A stretch of 41,862 bases of DNA from a virus (lineage: Duplodnaviria; Caudoviricetes): IMG/VR virus record IMGVR_UViG_3300012953_000060, positions 1-41,862 of that record; one strand, written 5' to 3'. Under the pieces are notes generated by a model. The model was not told the origin of the DNA. It did not search any database and saw nothing but the letters and a program-made list of their open reading frames with translations. Made by a program: the position numbers and the translations under genes. Shown here piece by piece: positions 26,311 to 36,447 of this stretch (the stretch's first letter is position 1; every line of letters begins with the position of its first letter).

Positions 26311-29300
26311 ATGCAAAAGACCAATCTACAACTGGCGCCATACTTTGATGATTTTGATAGTTCCAAAAACTATCAAAAGATTCTATTTAAACCTGGCTAT
26401 CCAGTGCAGGCGAGAGAACTTACTCAACTGCAAACACAGTTACAGAACCAAATAGAGAAATTTGGAAATCATACATTTAAAGATGGTTCTGTAGTAATAC
26501 CAGGCCAGATTGGTTACGATCTGCAATATGATGCTGTTTTAGTTCAGAATTTAATTGGTGGTGTAGAAGTAGAAGCAACAAGAACAAGTTTAGTAGGTAA
26601 AACTTTAAAAGGATCAACTACTGGTGTAGAGGCAGAAGTTGTAAATACAATATCAGTTACAACAAGTGAAAAAAATGCGATTACATTATATGTAAAATAT
26701 ACAAAGAGTGGTTCTAGTACAGCTGGTATCCAATCAACTAAATTTGGTAATAATGAGACTTTAATTGATACATCAACTAATCTTAATGTTGCTCAAACAT
26801 ATCTTTTAAATGCTACTGAATATACTGGAAGTATAGCATACATTACAAATGGCATCTACTATATTCGTGGATTTTTTGTAGAAGTTATAGATCAAAATAT
26901 TATACTTAATCAATATAGTAACAAACCAACATATAAGATTGGTCTAACAGTTACAGAAGAAAAAATAACAAGTGATGAAGATAGTACATTATTCGATAAT
27001 GCAAATGGATATTCTAATTTTGCTGCTCCAGGCGCTGATAGATTAAAAATTACTGCATCATTATCAAAAGAGTTGACTAGTTTTTCTGATAATGGTAATT
27101 TTATAGAATTATTAAGATTAAAAGATGGTATTTTAGAAAGAATTGTTGAGACTAGTTTATACAGTGAATTAGAAAAAAATCTTGCTAGAAGAACATATGA
27201 TGAATCTGGTGATTATACAGTCAGAGATTTTACTGTTAAGGTAAAAGAAGCTCTTGATAATGGAGAGAATGGTGGTATCTATAATCCTAATGAAGTTCTT
27301 GCAGATGGTAGAAGTATTTTAGCAAGAGATCCATTAGAAACAGATCCAACAAATTCTTTTAATGGTAATAATTATTATGCTTTAGAAGTATCTTCTGGAA
27401 AAGCATATGTAAGAGGTTTTGAGATTGATAATGTTGCTAAAAAATATGTATTAGCTGAAAAAACAAGAGTAACATCTGCTTCAAATAATAAAACTACAAA
27501 TACAAGTTTTGGATCATATTTTACAATATCTTCTGCCGTACAAACTGTTACTGCTGGTCAGACTCTTTCTTTAAGAAATAGTAGTAATGCTGTTATTGGT
27601 AATGCTCGTGCTGTAGGTGTAGTTCCTGCTAGTACTGGTCATTTATTATATGTTGAGGAAGCATTTACATTTACAGATGTTGTAGTTACAGGTGATGCTA
27701 CTGCATTACAATCTGGTGATTTTATATTTTCTTCTAGAGGATCTAGAGGTGTAGTTGTATCTACAACTCTTTCTAGTGGTAATACAACACTTAGATTACG
27801 TCAAGTTGTTGGTAGATTTGTAAATAATGATGTTATAAACAATAGTAGAGATTCAATTACGTTTACAATTTCTAGTCTTACTGATTTTAAATTTACAGAT
27901 GTTAATAATATAATCAATGGTCTTGGATATGTTGCAACTGTAACTTCAAATACTGGTCTTAAAACAAAAGGTAAAAATAGTTTTATTAAAATATCAGATT
28001 TACCAGTAGCAACAATTAGTGATTATTCATACACAAAATTAGCAAGAGTAACTCTTACTGTTCAAAGTGGAGCAGTATCAATTACTGCACCAAATAATTT
28101 TACTCCTTTAACAACTGGATACTATATCACTTCAGCTACTGGAGATCATACAGCAACTGCAACTCTTACTGGAAATACTTTAGTATTATCATCTATTAGT
28201 GGAAGTCCTACTAATGGAACTAGTGTAACAATTTGGTATAAATTAAGAGTTACTAATGTTTCTGTTAGAACTAAGAAAAATAAAACATTCCAATACTTAT
28301 CAGTCACAAAGAAAAAATCATCAACTGATGTAGTCTATGGTAATAGGTATGATGATAAAGAAATTAATTTAAGATTTCCAGACGTTTATAAAATACATGC
28401 TATTCATGAGGCAGCTGTAAATGGTGTAACTGATACAAATATGTTTGATCGTTTAATTATAAATGATTCAAGTGAGGTTGAAACTGGTGATATTATTCAA
28501 AGTGGTTCTTTAAGAGCAAAAGTTATATTTAAGAATGGTGTAAATCTTCATGTCAAATATTTACAGAATCAAAAATTTACACAAGGAACAAATTTAACTA
28601 CACAAATTACTATTGTCAATAATCCTACTTTAGTCGGAAGATTTTTAACTGAAGTTACACATGGTAACTATATCGATATTACAGATAATTATGCTTTAGT
28701 TAAAAATGATGTAGAAGATAATTATAGAATTTCTAAATTATCTAGATTAGGTAATAGATCAACACCATCACAAAAAATTACTATTGTATTTGATTATTTT
28801 GAACATGGAAATACTACAAATGATTTTTATGCTACAAGTTCATTTAATACTGATGATGATGGAGATATAGAATATACAAATATTCCATATGCATATGATG
28901 GAACTCCTTATACTGATATCTTAGATTTCAGAGGAACCTATACACCAACAACTGCTTCTGGTAGTGGTACTGTAACTGCCCCATATGTTACTAGTAATGG
29001 AAAATCAGCATTTGATATTTACGAACAAACCAAGAGTGCTGCTATAACAGCATATCCAGATGAGTTTGCTACATATGATTTAAGTTACTATACTGCAAGA
29101 ATTGATAGATTATATCTTAATAAAGAAGGTAAGTTTGTAATATCACAAGGATCACCAGCAATCAATCCAGTAATACCTGAGTCTGTTTCAGATTCTTTAT
29201 TAATCAATACTATTTCTATACCAGCATATCTTAGAGATGTAAATCAAATTTCTATACAGAAAGAAGATACTAGAAGATATACTATGAAAGATATTGGTGC

Positions 29301-32300
29301 TATTGAATCTAGAGTGGATAGTATTGAATACTATACAACTTTAAGTTTACTTGAAACTGATACTAACAATATGATGATTCTTGATAGTAGTGGAAATAAT
29401 AGATTTAAAAATGGATTCTTAGTTGATAACTTTAAATCTCTTAATTTTACAGAATCTAAAAATCCAGATTTCAATATGTCCATTGATACCACACAAGGTT
29501 TGATGAGACCATATCCATATGTTAATAACATAGGTTTCAAGTGGCTTGAAACTATGGATGGTACTGCAACAAAAGTAGGTGGGTTACAAAAGACTGGTGA
29601 TTTCTTATCTTTACCATATAAAGAAGAACAATTTGCTTCTAATCCATATGCAAGTAAGGTAGTTAATTTAAATCCATTTAATGTGTTTACATGGGTAGGA
29701 GATTTTAAAATATCACCAGAAAGAGATGTATGGTTTGATACAAAAAGATCTGCTCCTGAGAATGTACCTCAAGTAGATCTTACAGGACCTATTAAATTCC
29801 TTTATGATAGGAGTGGTGCTGATGGTGAGAAATGGGGTAGTTGGAATAATACTGGTAGTGAAAGAGTAAGTGGTGGTACTGAATTTACTGATAAAAGAAC
29901 TGGTGTAGAAAACAGTTTTAGTACTGTCACACAGAATATTGAAGTTGGTGATAGAATTGATGGTATTAAAAATATTGAGTTTGCTAGATCAATTGTAATT
30001 GATGCAAAGTCATCAAGAATGAAACCAAATACAAATTTATATTTCTTTATTGATGGTGAAGATTATAATGATAGTGTATATCCTAAAATCTTTAGAAATA
30101 TTACTAGAACTGTAAATAGTACTTCTTTTGTAGTTGGTGAGAAAGTTAGAATTGAATCACAATCTGATCCAGGCACTAATCAAATTATTGCAGAAGTAGT
30201 TGTTGCATCTAAATATGATTCTACTATAACTGCTAATTATAGTGGTGCATCTACTGTAATCGCAATTGATAATGTAACCACTGTAGATGGTACATTATTA
30301 AATCCATCAAGTCCTACAGACAAAGTTAAAATAACAGGACTTACAACTGGTGCTGTTGCAGAAGTGGACTTAACTTCTCCTAGAATTTCTACTAACGATG
30401 AAGGAACTGTAGACTTCTTTATTTTAGTTCCTCCAGAAAAATTAGAAACTGGTAAGTCAAGATTAGTAATAACAGATGAAAGCACATCTACAACTGTAGA
30501 AGGTGTATCTGATACTAATGCAGTTGCTAATTATGATTCAGAAGGAACTTTATTTGAACTAACAAGTTTAAGTATAGATATGCAGATTCCTCAAATTACT
30601 GTAACACCTATTGAGGAAACAAGACAAAGATTTATACCTGATCCTCCTCCACCTCCACCTAATAACTGTGACCCATTAGCACAATCATTCTTTGTTGATG
30701 CTATTGAAGGTGGAATGTTTATTACATCTATAGATGTATATTTCCAATCTAAGGATACAAAAGTTCCTGTAACAATTGATATTCGTACTGTAGAAAATGG
30801 ATCACCAACACAGACAATTCTTCCATTTAGTGTAAAAACAATTGAAGCTGCTAATGTATCTGTAAATGCAACTAAAGCAAATACAGTAACTAAGTTTACA
30901 TTTGATGCTCCAGTATATGTAGCAAATGGTCAAGAATACGCATTTATTTTAAGATCTAGATCTTTAAATTATAAAGTTTGGGTATCTAGATTAAATCAAG
31001 TTGATGTAGATACTAGTCAATTAATTGACAAACAACCATATGCAGGGTCATTATACAAATCTCAAAACATGAGTGTTTGGGAACCAGATCAGTTTGAAGA
31101 TATCAAGTTCAATATTAATAGAGCTAAGTTTACAACCAATAGTAAATTAACTGCTCAATTAACAAATGGTATTGTTCCTAGAGTAGATCTTCCAACAGAT
31201 CCATTGATTTTTACATCTGATTCAACTGATATTACTATATTACATCCAAATCATTGTATGCATACAAAACAAAATTTTGTAAATATATCTGGTGTAAAAT
31301 CAGATGTACCAAATACTAAACTGGTAACTCCATTAGGAAATGCACAGTTTATAGTTGATACAGCTATTACATTAGCAGATGGTACATTCACACCCACTCA
31401 GTTTAATAATACAACAGTAGGAGATAATAATTTTGGATACATCAAAATTAATGATGAAATTATTGCTTACAAATCAGTAAGTGGTTCTACAATTACAGTT
31501 CCTACTGGTGGTAGAGGTGTTGGTGATACAGTTATTGTTTCACATGCTACAAATTCTGTAGTTGAATACTATAGTATTAATGGTATACCTTTAACAGAAA
31601 TTAATAAAGTACATTCATTAAAAGATGTAATTAGTATGGATAAATATCAAATTTCTGTTAATTCAAAAGCAAATGAAACAAAACAATCAGGTGCTAGATA
31701 CATTAAGGCAAGTAGAAACTTACAGTTTGAAAGTATTACACCTAGATTAAATGAAATTATATTTTCTGGTACAGAATTAACTACAAGGTTAGGTACAACT
31801 TCTGGTTCTTCAGTAAGTGAAAAGAATACAGGAACTTTCTCAACATTGCAAGATGTAAGTCTTGCTAATTTAGAAGTGAATGAATTGGATGCATCCAGTG
31901 TTATTCTTTCACCAGAAAACCAAACGGTATACTTTGGTTCTACTGATTCATTTAAATTTTATGCTGATATGAAGAGTACAGTTGATAACTTAAGTCCGAT
32001 GTTTAATCTTTCTGGATCATCTGTTATTACTGCAATGAATCGTATCAATAGAATTGATAAAACAGATGGAACTGTAGATCTTACTTCTGAACTTAATTCA
32101 GAGGGATCATTACATGATTCTGTTTATGTAACTAAAAAAGTAACTCTAGAAAACTCTTCTACTTCTATCAAAATTTTATTTGATGCAATTAGAAGACAGG
32201 GTGTTGATATTAAAGTATTTGCTAAAGTGAAAAGAGATGATGAGACAGATGATTTCAACTTATTAGATTACGTTGAAATACCTTCTACAAATTATCCATT

Positions 32301-32454
32301 CTCACCAGACAAAGAAACATATCGGGCATTTGAATATGAAATTACTGGTTTAGTAGGTTTCAAAGAATATGCTATTAAGGTTGTTATGATTGGTAACGAT
32401 CAATCTAATGTGCCTAAAATAAGAAACTTTAGAGGAATTGCCCTCGCAGTATAA
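26311..32454 (+). CDS. VrlC-like (DUF4815-type) large virion structural protein (2047 aa)
   Basis: PYFDDFD..KNYQKILFKPGYPVQARELTQLQ, AAPGADRLKI, LARRTYDESGDY, RYTMKDIG, RFKNGFLVDNF, DPLAQSF. Follows gp8, as in cyanomyoviruses. Confidence 0.88.
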   Translation: MQKTNLQLAPYFDDFDSSKNYQKILFKPGYPVQARELTQLQTQLQNQIEKFGNHTFKDGSVVIPGQIGYDLQYDAVLVQNLIGGVEVEATRTSLVGKTLKGSTTGVEAEVVNTISVTTSEKNAITLYVKYTKSGSSTAGIQSTKFGNNETLIDTSTNLNVAQTYLLNATEYTGSIAYITNGIYYIRGFFVEVIDQNIILNQYSNKPTYKIGLTVTEEKITSDEDSTLFDNANGYSNFAAPGADRLKITASLSKELTSFSDNGNFIELLRLKDGILERIVETSLYSELEKNLARRTYDESGDYTVRDFTVKVKEALDNGENGGIYNPNEVLADGRSILARDPLETDPTNSFNGNNYYALEVSSGKAYVRGFEIDNVAKKYVLAEKTRVTSASNNKTTNTSFGSYFTISSAVQTVTAGQTLSLRNSSNAVIGNARAVGVVPASTGHLLYVEEAFTFTDVVVTGDATALQSGDFIFSSRGSRGVVVSTTLSSGNTTLRLRQVVGRFVNNDVINNSRDSITFTISSLTDFKFTDVNNIINGLGYVATVTSNTGLKTKGKNSFIKISDLPVATISDYSYTKLARVTLTVQSGAVSITAPNNFTPLTTGYYITSATGDHTATATLTGNTLVLSSISGSPTNGTSVTIWYKLRVTNVSVRTKKNKTFQYLSVTKKKSSTDVVYGNRYDDKEINLRFPDVYKIHAIHEAAVNGVTDTNMFDRLIINDSSEVETGDIIQSGSLRAKVIFKNGVNLHVKYLQNQKFTQGTNLTTQITIVNNPTLVGRFLTEVTHGNYIDITDNYALVKNDVEDNYRISKLSRLGNRSTPSQKITIVFDYFEHGNTTNDFYATSSFNTDDDGDIEYTNIPYAYDGTPYTDILDFRGTYTPTTASGSGTVTAPYVTSNGKSAFDIYEQTKSAAITAYPDEFATYDLSYYTARIDRLYLNKEGKFVISQGSPAINPVIPESVSDSLLINTISIPAYLRDVNQISIQKEDTRRYTMKDIGAIESRVDSIEYYTTLSLLETDTNNMMILDSSGNNRFKNGFLVDNFKSLNFTESKNPDFNMSIDTTQGLMRPYPYVNNIGFKWLETMDGTATKVGGLQKTGDFLSLPYKEEQFASNPYASKVVNLNPFNVFTWVGDFKISPERDVWFDTKRSAPENVPQVDLTGPIKFLYDRSGADGEKWGSWNNTGSERVSGGTEFTDKRTGVENSFSTVTQNIEVGDRIDGIKNIEFARSIVIDAKSSRMKPNTNLYFFIDGEDYNDSVYPKIFRNITRTVNSTSFVVGEKVRIESQSDPGTNQIIAEVVVASKYDSTITANYSGASTVIAIDNVTTVDGTLLNPSSPTDKVKITGLTTGAVAEVDLTSPRISTNDEGTVDFFILVPPEKLETGKSRLVITDESTSTTVEGVSDTNAVANYDSEGTLFELTSLSIDMQIPQITVTPIEETRQRFIPDPPPPPPNNCDPLAQSFFVDAIEGGMFITSIDVYFQSKDTKVPVTIDIRTVENGSPTQTILPFSVKTIEAANVSVNATKANTVTKFTFDAPVYVANGQEYAFILRSRSLNYKVWVSRLNQVDVDTSQLIDKQPYAGSLYKSQNMSVWEPDQFEDIKFNINRAKFTTNSKLTAQLTNGIVPRVDLPTDPLIFTSDSTDITILHPNHCMHTKQNFVNISGVKSDVPNTKLVTPLGNAQFIVDTAITLADGTFTPTQFNNTTVGDNNFGYIKINDEIIAYKSVSGSTITVPTGGRGVGDTVIVSHATNSVVEYYSINGIPLTEINKVHSLKDVISMDKYQISVNSKANETKQSGARYIKASRNLQFESITPRLNEIIFSGTELTTRLGTTSGSSVSEKNTGTFSTLQDVSLANLEVNELDASSVILSPENQTVYFGSTDSFKFYADMKSTVDNLSPMFNLSGSSVITAMNRINRIDKTDGTVDLTSELNSEGSLHDSVYVTKKVTLENSSTSIKILFDAIRRQGVDIKVFAKVKRDDETDDFNLLDYVEIPSTNYPFSPDKETYRAFEYEITGLVGFKEYAIKVVMIGNDQSNVPKIRNFRGIALAV

Positions 32455-32456
32455 TC

Positions 32457-32678
32457 ATGGAAAATCCAGAAGTTGAAGGCCATCCAGATCTCGCAAGGGA
32501 TTCTGGATCTGGTGCTATAGTTAATAGAAATCCATATAGTTATGAACAGTATATGGAAAGTTATAAGAAAAGAATTGAGAAAGAAGATAGAATAGATAAT
32601 ATAGAAAAAAACTTAATTGAAACTAGGAAAGAAATAGATACTATTAAGGATCTTATTTTACGGCATATAATGTCATAA
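32457..32678 (+). CDS. Small coiled-coil hypothetical protein (73 aa)
   Basis: VEGHPDLARD..SGAIVN followed by a heptad-rich helix. Typical small gene after the VrlC-like gene. Confidence 0.8.
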   Translation: MENPEVEGHPDLARDSGSGAIVNRNPYSYEQYMESYKKRIEKEDRIDNIEKNLIETRKEIDTIKDLILRHIMS

Positions 32679-32701
32679 ATAGTGATGGGAAACAAATCTC
32701 C

Positions 32702-32709
32702 TATAAATA
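32702..32709 (+). promoter_or_regulatory. T4-type late promoter TATAAATA
   Basis: Exact consensus 21 nt upstream of ATG 32731. A second CATAAATA lies at 32674-32681. Confidence 0.8.
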
Positions 32710-32730
32710 TAGTATAAGTGGTAGACCCTA

Positions 32731-33060
32731 ATGGCAGCAGTTCATAATTTACACATTGATCAAGGTGCTGACTTTACTGTCGAAGTTGGTATATATGATG
32801 ATAATAATGCGGCTTGGGACCTTACTGGTTATGCAGTAGCTGCCAAGATTCAAAAATCGTATTATAGTACAACATCAACAAGTTTTATTGCAACCGTGAG
32901 TTCTACCGCATCTGGAACAGTAGTTCTAACCCTTCTTGACACTGTTACCTCAGGCATGGATCCTGGCAGGTATCTGTATGACGTAGTTGTTACGTCAGCT
33001 GGTGGTACAAAAACACGAGTCATAGAAGGAATTGTTACAATCAACCCTGGCATAACATGA
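32731..33060 (+). CDS. Small virion/fibre-adaptor-like protein (109 aa, Ig-like)
   Basis: NLHIDQGADF...DLTGY..A.I.KSY...GRYLYDVVV....TRVIEG, a pattern typical of phage fibre attachment proteins. Confidence 0.7.
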   Translation: MAAVHNLHIDQGADFTVEVGIYDDNNAAWDLTGYAVAAKIQKSYYSTTSTSFIATVSSTASGTVVLTLLDTVTSGMDPGRYLYDVVVTSAGGTKTRVIEGIVTINPGIT

Positions 33061-33269
33061 ATACTAAAGTTACTGTTCGGAACACACCTCAAGTCATTAC
33101 TGTTGCCGCTTCGGCTGGTGCTAGTGGTAGTTTAGCCACCTTGACTGATGTAAATTTATCTTCTGCGGGCGATGGTGCCGTTCTTCAATATGATGTTACA
33201 ACTCAAACTTGGATAGCTAGAAACATACTAGAAAATTCTGGTTTAACTATCAATGCAGGCTTCTATTAA
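33057..33269 (+). CDS. Small fibre-associated hypothetical protein (70 aa)
   Basis: LATLTDVN...DGAVLQYD....W fibre repeat and C-terminal INAGFY. ATGA-coupled. Confidence 0.75.
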   Translation: MNTKVTVRNTPQVITVAASAGASGSLATLTDVNLSSAGDGAVLQYDVTTQTWIARNILENSGLTINAGFY

Positions 33270-33291
33270 ATCTTTCACATAGGAACAAAAA

Positions 33292-35424
33292 ATGGCAACT
33301 TTTATTAAAGTTAAAAGGTCGAGTACAACACCAACCGCAACTCCGAGTAATCTAAGAAACGGTGAATTTGCACATAGTTATGGTGCTGGTACTTATACTG
33401 ACTTTCAAACTACAAACAACGGTGCATCAAACGTTACTTCGAGTGGTAAACTCTTCATCGGTCAAGGTACTGAAGATGGATCTGGACATGCTGCAAATAT
33501 AGATGTAATTGGTGGTAAGTATTTTACTGACATGTTAGATCATGGTCATGGTACTTTAACTGCTAACTCTGCTTTAATTGTTGACCAATCTAAAAAAGTT
33601 GATGAATTAAATGTAGATAATCTTAATTTTAATGCAAATACAATTTCAACAACAAACAGTAATGGAGATTTAATATTTGATCCAGCTGGAAGTGGTTCTG
33701 TTGTAGTTGTTGATGATACTTTTTTTGCTCTTGGTAGTGAGGAAGATGGTAAAATTGAATATGATGAAGATGGAACTGACAAAGTTCAAGTAACTGGTGC
33801 AAACTGGAAATTTAATTGCACAGTTGAGATGGACAATATTATTATTGGGCCTGATAATCCTCATAGTTTTGACATGCCAGATAATAATGCTACAGCTTTA
33901 AAAATTCATGAAGGTAGTAATAATTATCTTGTATTTACAACAACAAACGGTTCTGAGTTAACTAAATTCAGTACTGCTGCTGTTGATATTGATCTTGATT
34001 TGAATGTTGACGGTGGAGATATTACAACTAATGCAACAACATTTAATTTATTAAATGCAAATGCAACTACAGTAAATGCATTTGGTGCTGCTACAGCAAT
34101 TGATATGGGTGCAACTTCTGGAACTGCAACAATCAATAACCCAACACTAGTTGGTACACAAGCTACTCAAAATTTATACAACTCTGCTGCAACCACAATG
34201 AATTTTGCTGGTGCTGCAACTGCATTAAATATGGGTGCAACAACTGGTACTGCTACAATCAACAACCCAACTGTTGTTGGTACTCAGAGTACTCAAAACT
34301 TATATAATACAACTGCAACCACAATGAATTTTGCTGGTGCAGCTACTACTATTAACATGGGTACTAATTCAACTACATTAGACCTTGGTGATATTAGAAT
34401 TAAAGGAAATACAATTTCTACAGATAGTAACTCTGCAACAGAACTTGTCATCGACCCATTCCCCGATGCTGGAGATGCTGGTGGTGATGTTATCATTCGT
34501 GGTAATCTTCAAGTTGCTGGTACTACAACAACTGTTAACTCTTCTGAATTATCAGTTAACGATCCTATCTTTACGGTTGGTGATACTGTAAGTTCTAAGA
34601 GTGTTGTTCAAACTGCAGCAAGTGGACAAAACCAAGTTATAGTTGATAATCCTTCATCTGTTGTTGAGGGTGCAACAATTACTGGTACTGGAATTGCAAC
34701 ATCTACGACTATTTCTAATGTAGAGGTTATATTTAATACTAACGCTGGTGCGTCAAGTAACGGTCAATTTGGAACTGCTCCTAGTGCTGGAGATGCTATT
34801 CACTTCTTTGATGGTACTTCATTCTCACAAGTTGGTACATTTGTATCTCAAACAACTAACGAAGTTAAAATCAATCTAATTGCAAATATTGCTCTTGGAT
34901 CTGATAATTTCTATGATGGTGGAAGCCTAACTACTGTTAGTAGTGGAACTCCAACTGCAAACCAAAAAGTTGGTATTACTAAAGTAAGTACAAAAGTCTT
35001 TAAGACAACTACATTTACTTTAAGTAATAACACAACATCAAGTATTGCAGTCGATACACAACTTACAATCAGTCAAGCACAGGACGACAACCTAGACCGT
35101 GGTATTCAATTCAAGTATTTGAAGTCTAACTCTTCTAAAGTTGGTTTCTTTGGATACGATGATTCAAATGATGCTTTTGTATTCATCAAGGATGGTACAA
35201 ATAATTCTAATCTCTTTAGTGGAACTAGAGGAGAAGGTTGGTTCAAAACTGTTAAACTTGATGATGGTGTAAACAAAGGTGTTGCCTATTTCAACTCTGA
35301 TCTTAAGATAACTAGAACAGTTGCTGCTGGTACTGCTGATGTTGACACATCCTTCCAAATACTAACTGCTACATCTAGTGGTGTTCCTACATGGACTACA
35401 ACTGTAGATGGAGGCACTTATTAA
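33292..35424 (+). CDS. Tail fibre-like protein (710 aa)
   Basis: N-terminal IKVKRS...LRNGEFA (major-tropism-determinant-like N-terminus), GNLQVAGTTTTVNS, DRGIQF..GFFGYDDS, C-terminal DGGTY. Confidence 0.78.
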   Translation: MATFIKVKRSSTTPTATPSNLRNGEFAHSYGAGTYTDFQTTNNGASNVTSSGKLFIGQGTEDGSGHAANIDVIGGKYFTDMLDHGHGTLTANSALIVDQSKKVDELNVDNLNFNANTISTTNSNGDLIFDPAGSGSVVVVDDTFFALGSEEDGKIEYDEDGTDKVQVTGANWKFNCTVEMDNIIIGPDNPHSFDMPDNNATALKIHEGSNNYLVFTTTNGSELTKFSTAAVDIDLDLNVDGGDITTNATTFNLLNANATTVNAFGAATAIDMGATSGTATINNPTLVGTQATQNLYNSAATTMNFAGAATALNMGATTGTATINNPTVVGTQSTQNLYNTTATTMNFAGAATTINMGTNSTTLDLGDIRIKGNTISTDSNSATELVIDPFPDAGDAGGDVIIRGNLQVAGTTTTVNSSELSVNDPIFTVGDTVSSKSVVQTAASGQNQVIVDNPSSVVEGATITGTGIATSTTISNVEVIFNTNAGASSNGQFGTAPSAGDAIHFFDGTSFSQVGTFVSQTTNEVKINLIANIALGSDNFYDGGSLTTVSSGTPTANQKVGITKVSTKVFKTTTFTLSNNTTSSIAVDTQLTISQAQDDNLDRGIQFKYLKSNSSKVGFFGYDDSNDAFVFIKDGTNNSNLFSGTRGEGWFKTVKLDDGVNKGVAYFNSDLKITRTVAAGTADVDTSFQILTATSSGVPTWTTTVDGGTY
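34045..34362 (+). repeat. 126-bp (42-aa) tandem repeat, about 2.5 copies
   Basis: Units start at 34045, 34171 and 34297 (NLYNxxATTMNFAGAATxxNMGATxGTATINNPTxVGTQxTQ). Confidence 0.9.
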
Positions 35425-35443
35425 ATTATAAACTGAGGTTATT

Positions 35444-35617
35444 ATGACACCTGATGAAGCAAATGCACTCATGCAAGTTATGAGTGAAAAAGTAAATCAA
35501 TTGACTAGAGAAAATATGTTATTTGAGTCAAAAATAATTTATTTGACTCAACAATTGAAAAAATTTGAAGATGAAAAATCCTCTGAAATCTTAGAACCCG
35601 ATGGCAAGTCCAAATAG
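35444..35617 (+). CDS. Small coiled-coil protein (57 aa, MTPDEANALMQVMSEKVNQLTRENMLFE...)
   Basis: Translated by hand. GAGG Shine-Dalgarno upstream. Overlaps the gp13 start. Confidence 0.75.
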   Translation: MTPDEANALMQVMSEKVNQLTRENMLFESKIIYLTQQLKKFEDEKSSEILEPDGKSK

Positions 35618-36446
35618 TAAAGCCACTCTCAAAGAATATTGCTTAAGACAGCTTGGTAAACCTGTTATTGAGATCAATGTTGATGATGATCAAGTAGATG
35701 ATTTACTTGATGATACCATACAACTTTTCAATGAGAGGGTTTATGATGGTGTCGAGAGAATGTATTTAAAATACAAACTCACTGAAAATGATATTACAAA
35801 TGGTGGTGGAGGAAGTGCAAACGCAGGCAGAAATGAAACTGTAACTGCTACAGATAATAACGATGGTGCTTCTGGTACTTCTCGTACTCTTAATTTTGAA
35901 CAAGGAAGAGGATATTTAACATTACCAGACCATATCTTAGGTGTTGAAGGAATCAAAAAAGTTTCTAACACGATGGTTAATAATATGTTTGGTTTTAGAT
36001 ATCAGTTTTTCTTAAATGATTTCTATAATTTCTATGCATATGATATTCTTAACATGGAAATTACATTGCAGTATCTAGAAACATTAAATTTTTTAATAGA
36101 AGGTAATAAAGACGTTAGATTTAATAAGGTAACAAATAGACTCTACATTGATATTGATTGGGATTTAGCACAAGCAAATGATTATATTGTTGTAGATTGT
36201 TATAGAGCTTTAGACCCTGTGACATTTACTAAAGTATATAACGAAAGATTTGTAAAAAGATATGCTACTGCTAAAATTAAAAAACAGTGGGGTCAGAATT
36301 TAATAAAATTTACTGGTATCAAAATGCCTGGCGGAGTCGAGTTTAATGGTAGACAAATATATGATGATGCTACTCAAGAATTAAGTACTATTGAGGAACA
36401 AATGTTATCAACATATGAAACACCTCCATTAGACTTTGTAGGATGA
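35601..36446 (+). CDS. gp13: Neck protein gp13
   Basis: LKEYCLRQLGKPVIEINVDDDQVDD, KQWGQNLIKF.G..MPGGVEFNG. Confidence 0.95.
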   Translation: MASPNSKATLKEYCLRQLGKPVIEINVDDDQVDDLLDDTIQLFNERVYDGVERMYLKYKLTENDITNGGGGSANAGRNETVTATDNNDGASGTSRTLNFEQGRGYLTLPDHILGVEGIKKVSNTMVNNMFGFRYQFFLNDFYNFYAYDILNMEITLQYLETLNFLIEGNKDVRFNKVTNRLYIDIDWDLAQANDYIVVDCYRALDPVTFTKVYNERFVKRYATAKIKKQWGQNLIKFTGIKMPGGVEFNGRQIYDDATQELSTIEEQMLSTYETPPLDFVG

Positions 36447-36447
36447 T

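Noticed and set aside
30640-30665. Poly-proline run before DPLAQSF in the VrlC-like protein
   Set aside because: An ordinary low-complexity linker, commonly seen at this position in this protein family.
34045-34362. Tandem repeat as a CRISPR array or DGR template/variable repeat
   Set aside because: In-frame 126-bp coding units without spacers. Differences are mostly synonymous and not adenine-specific, and no reverse transcriptase is in the window.
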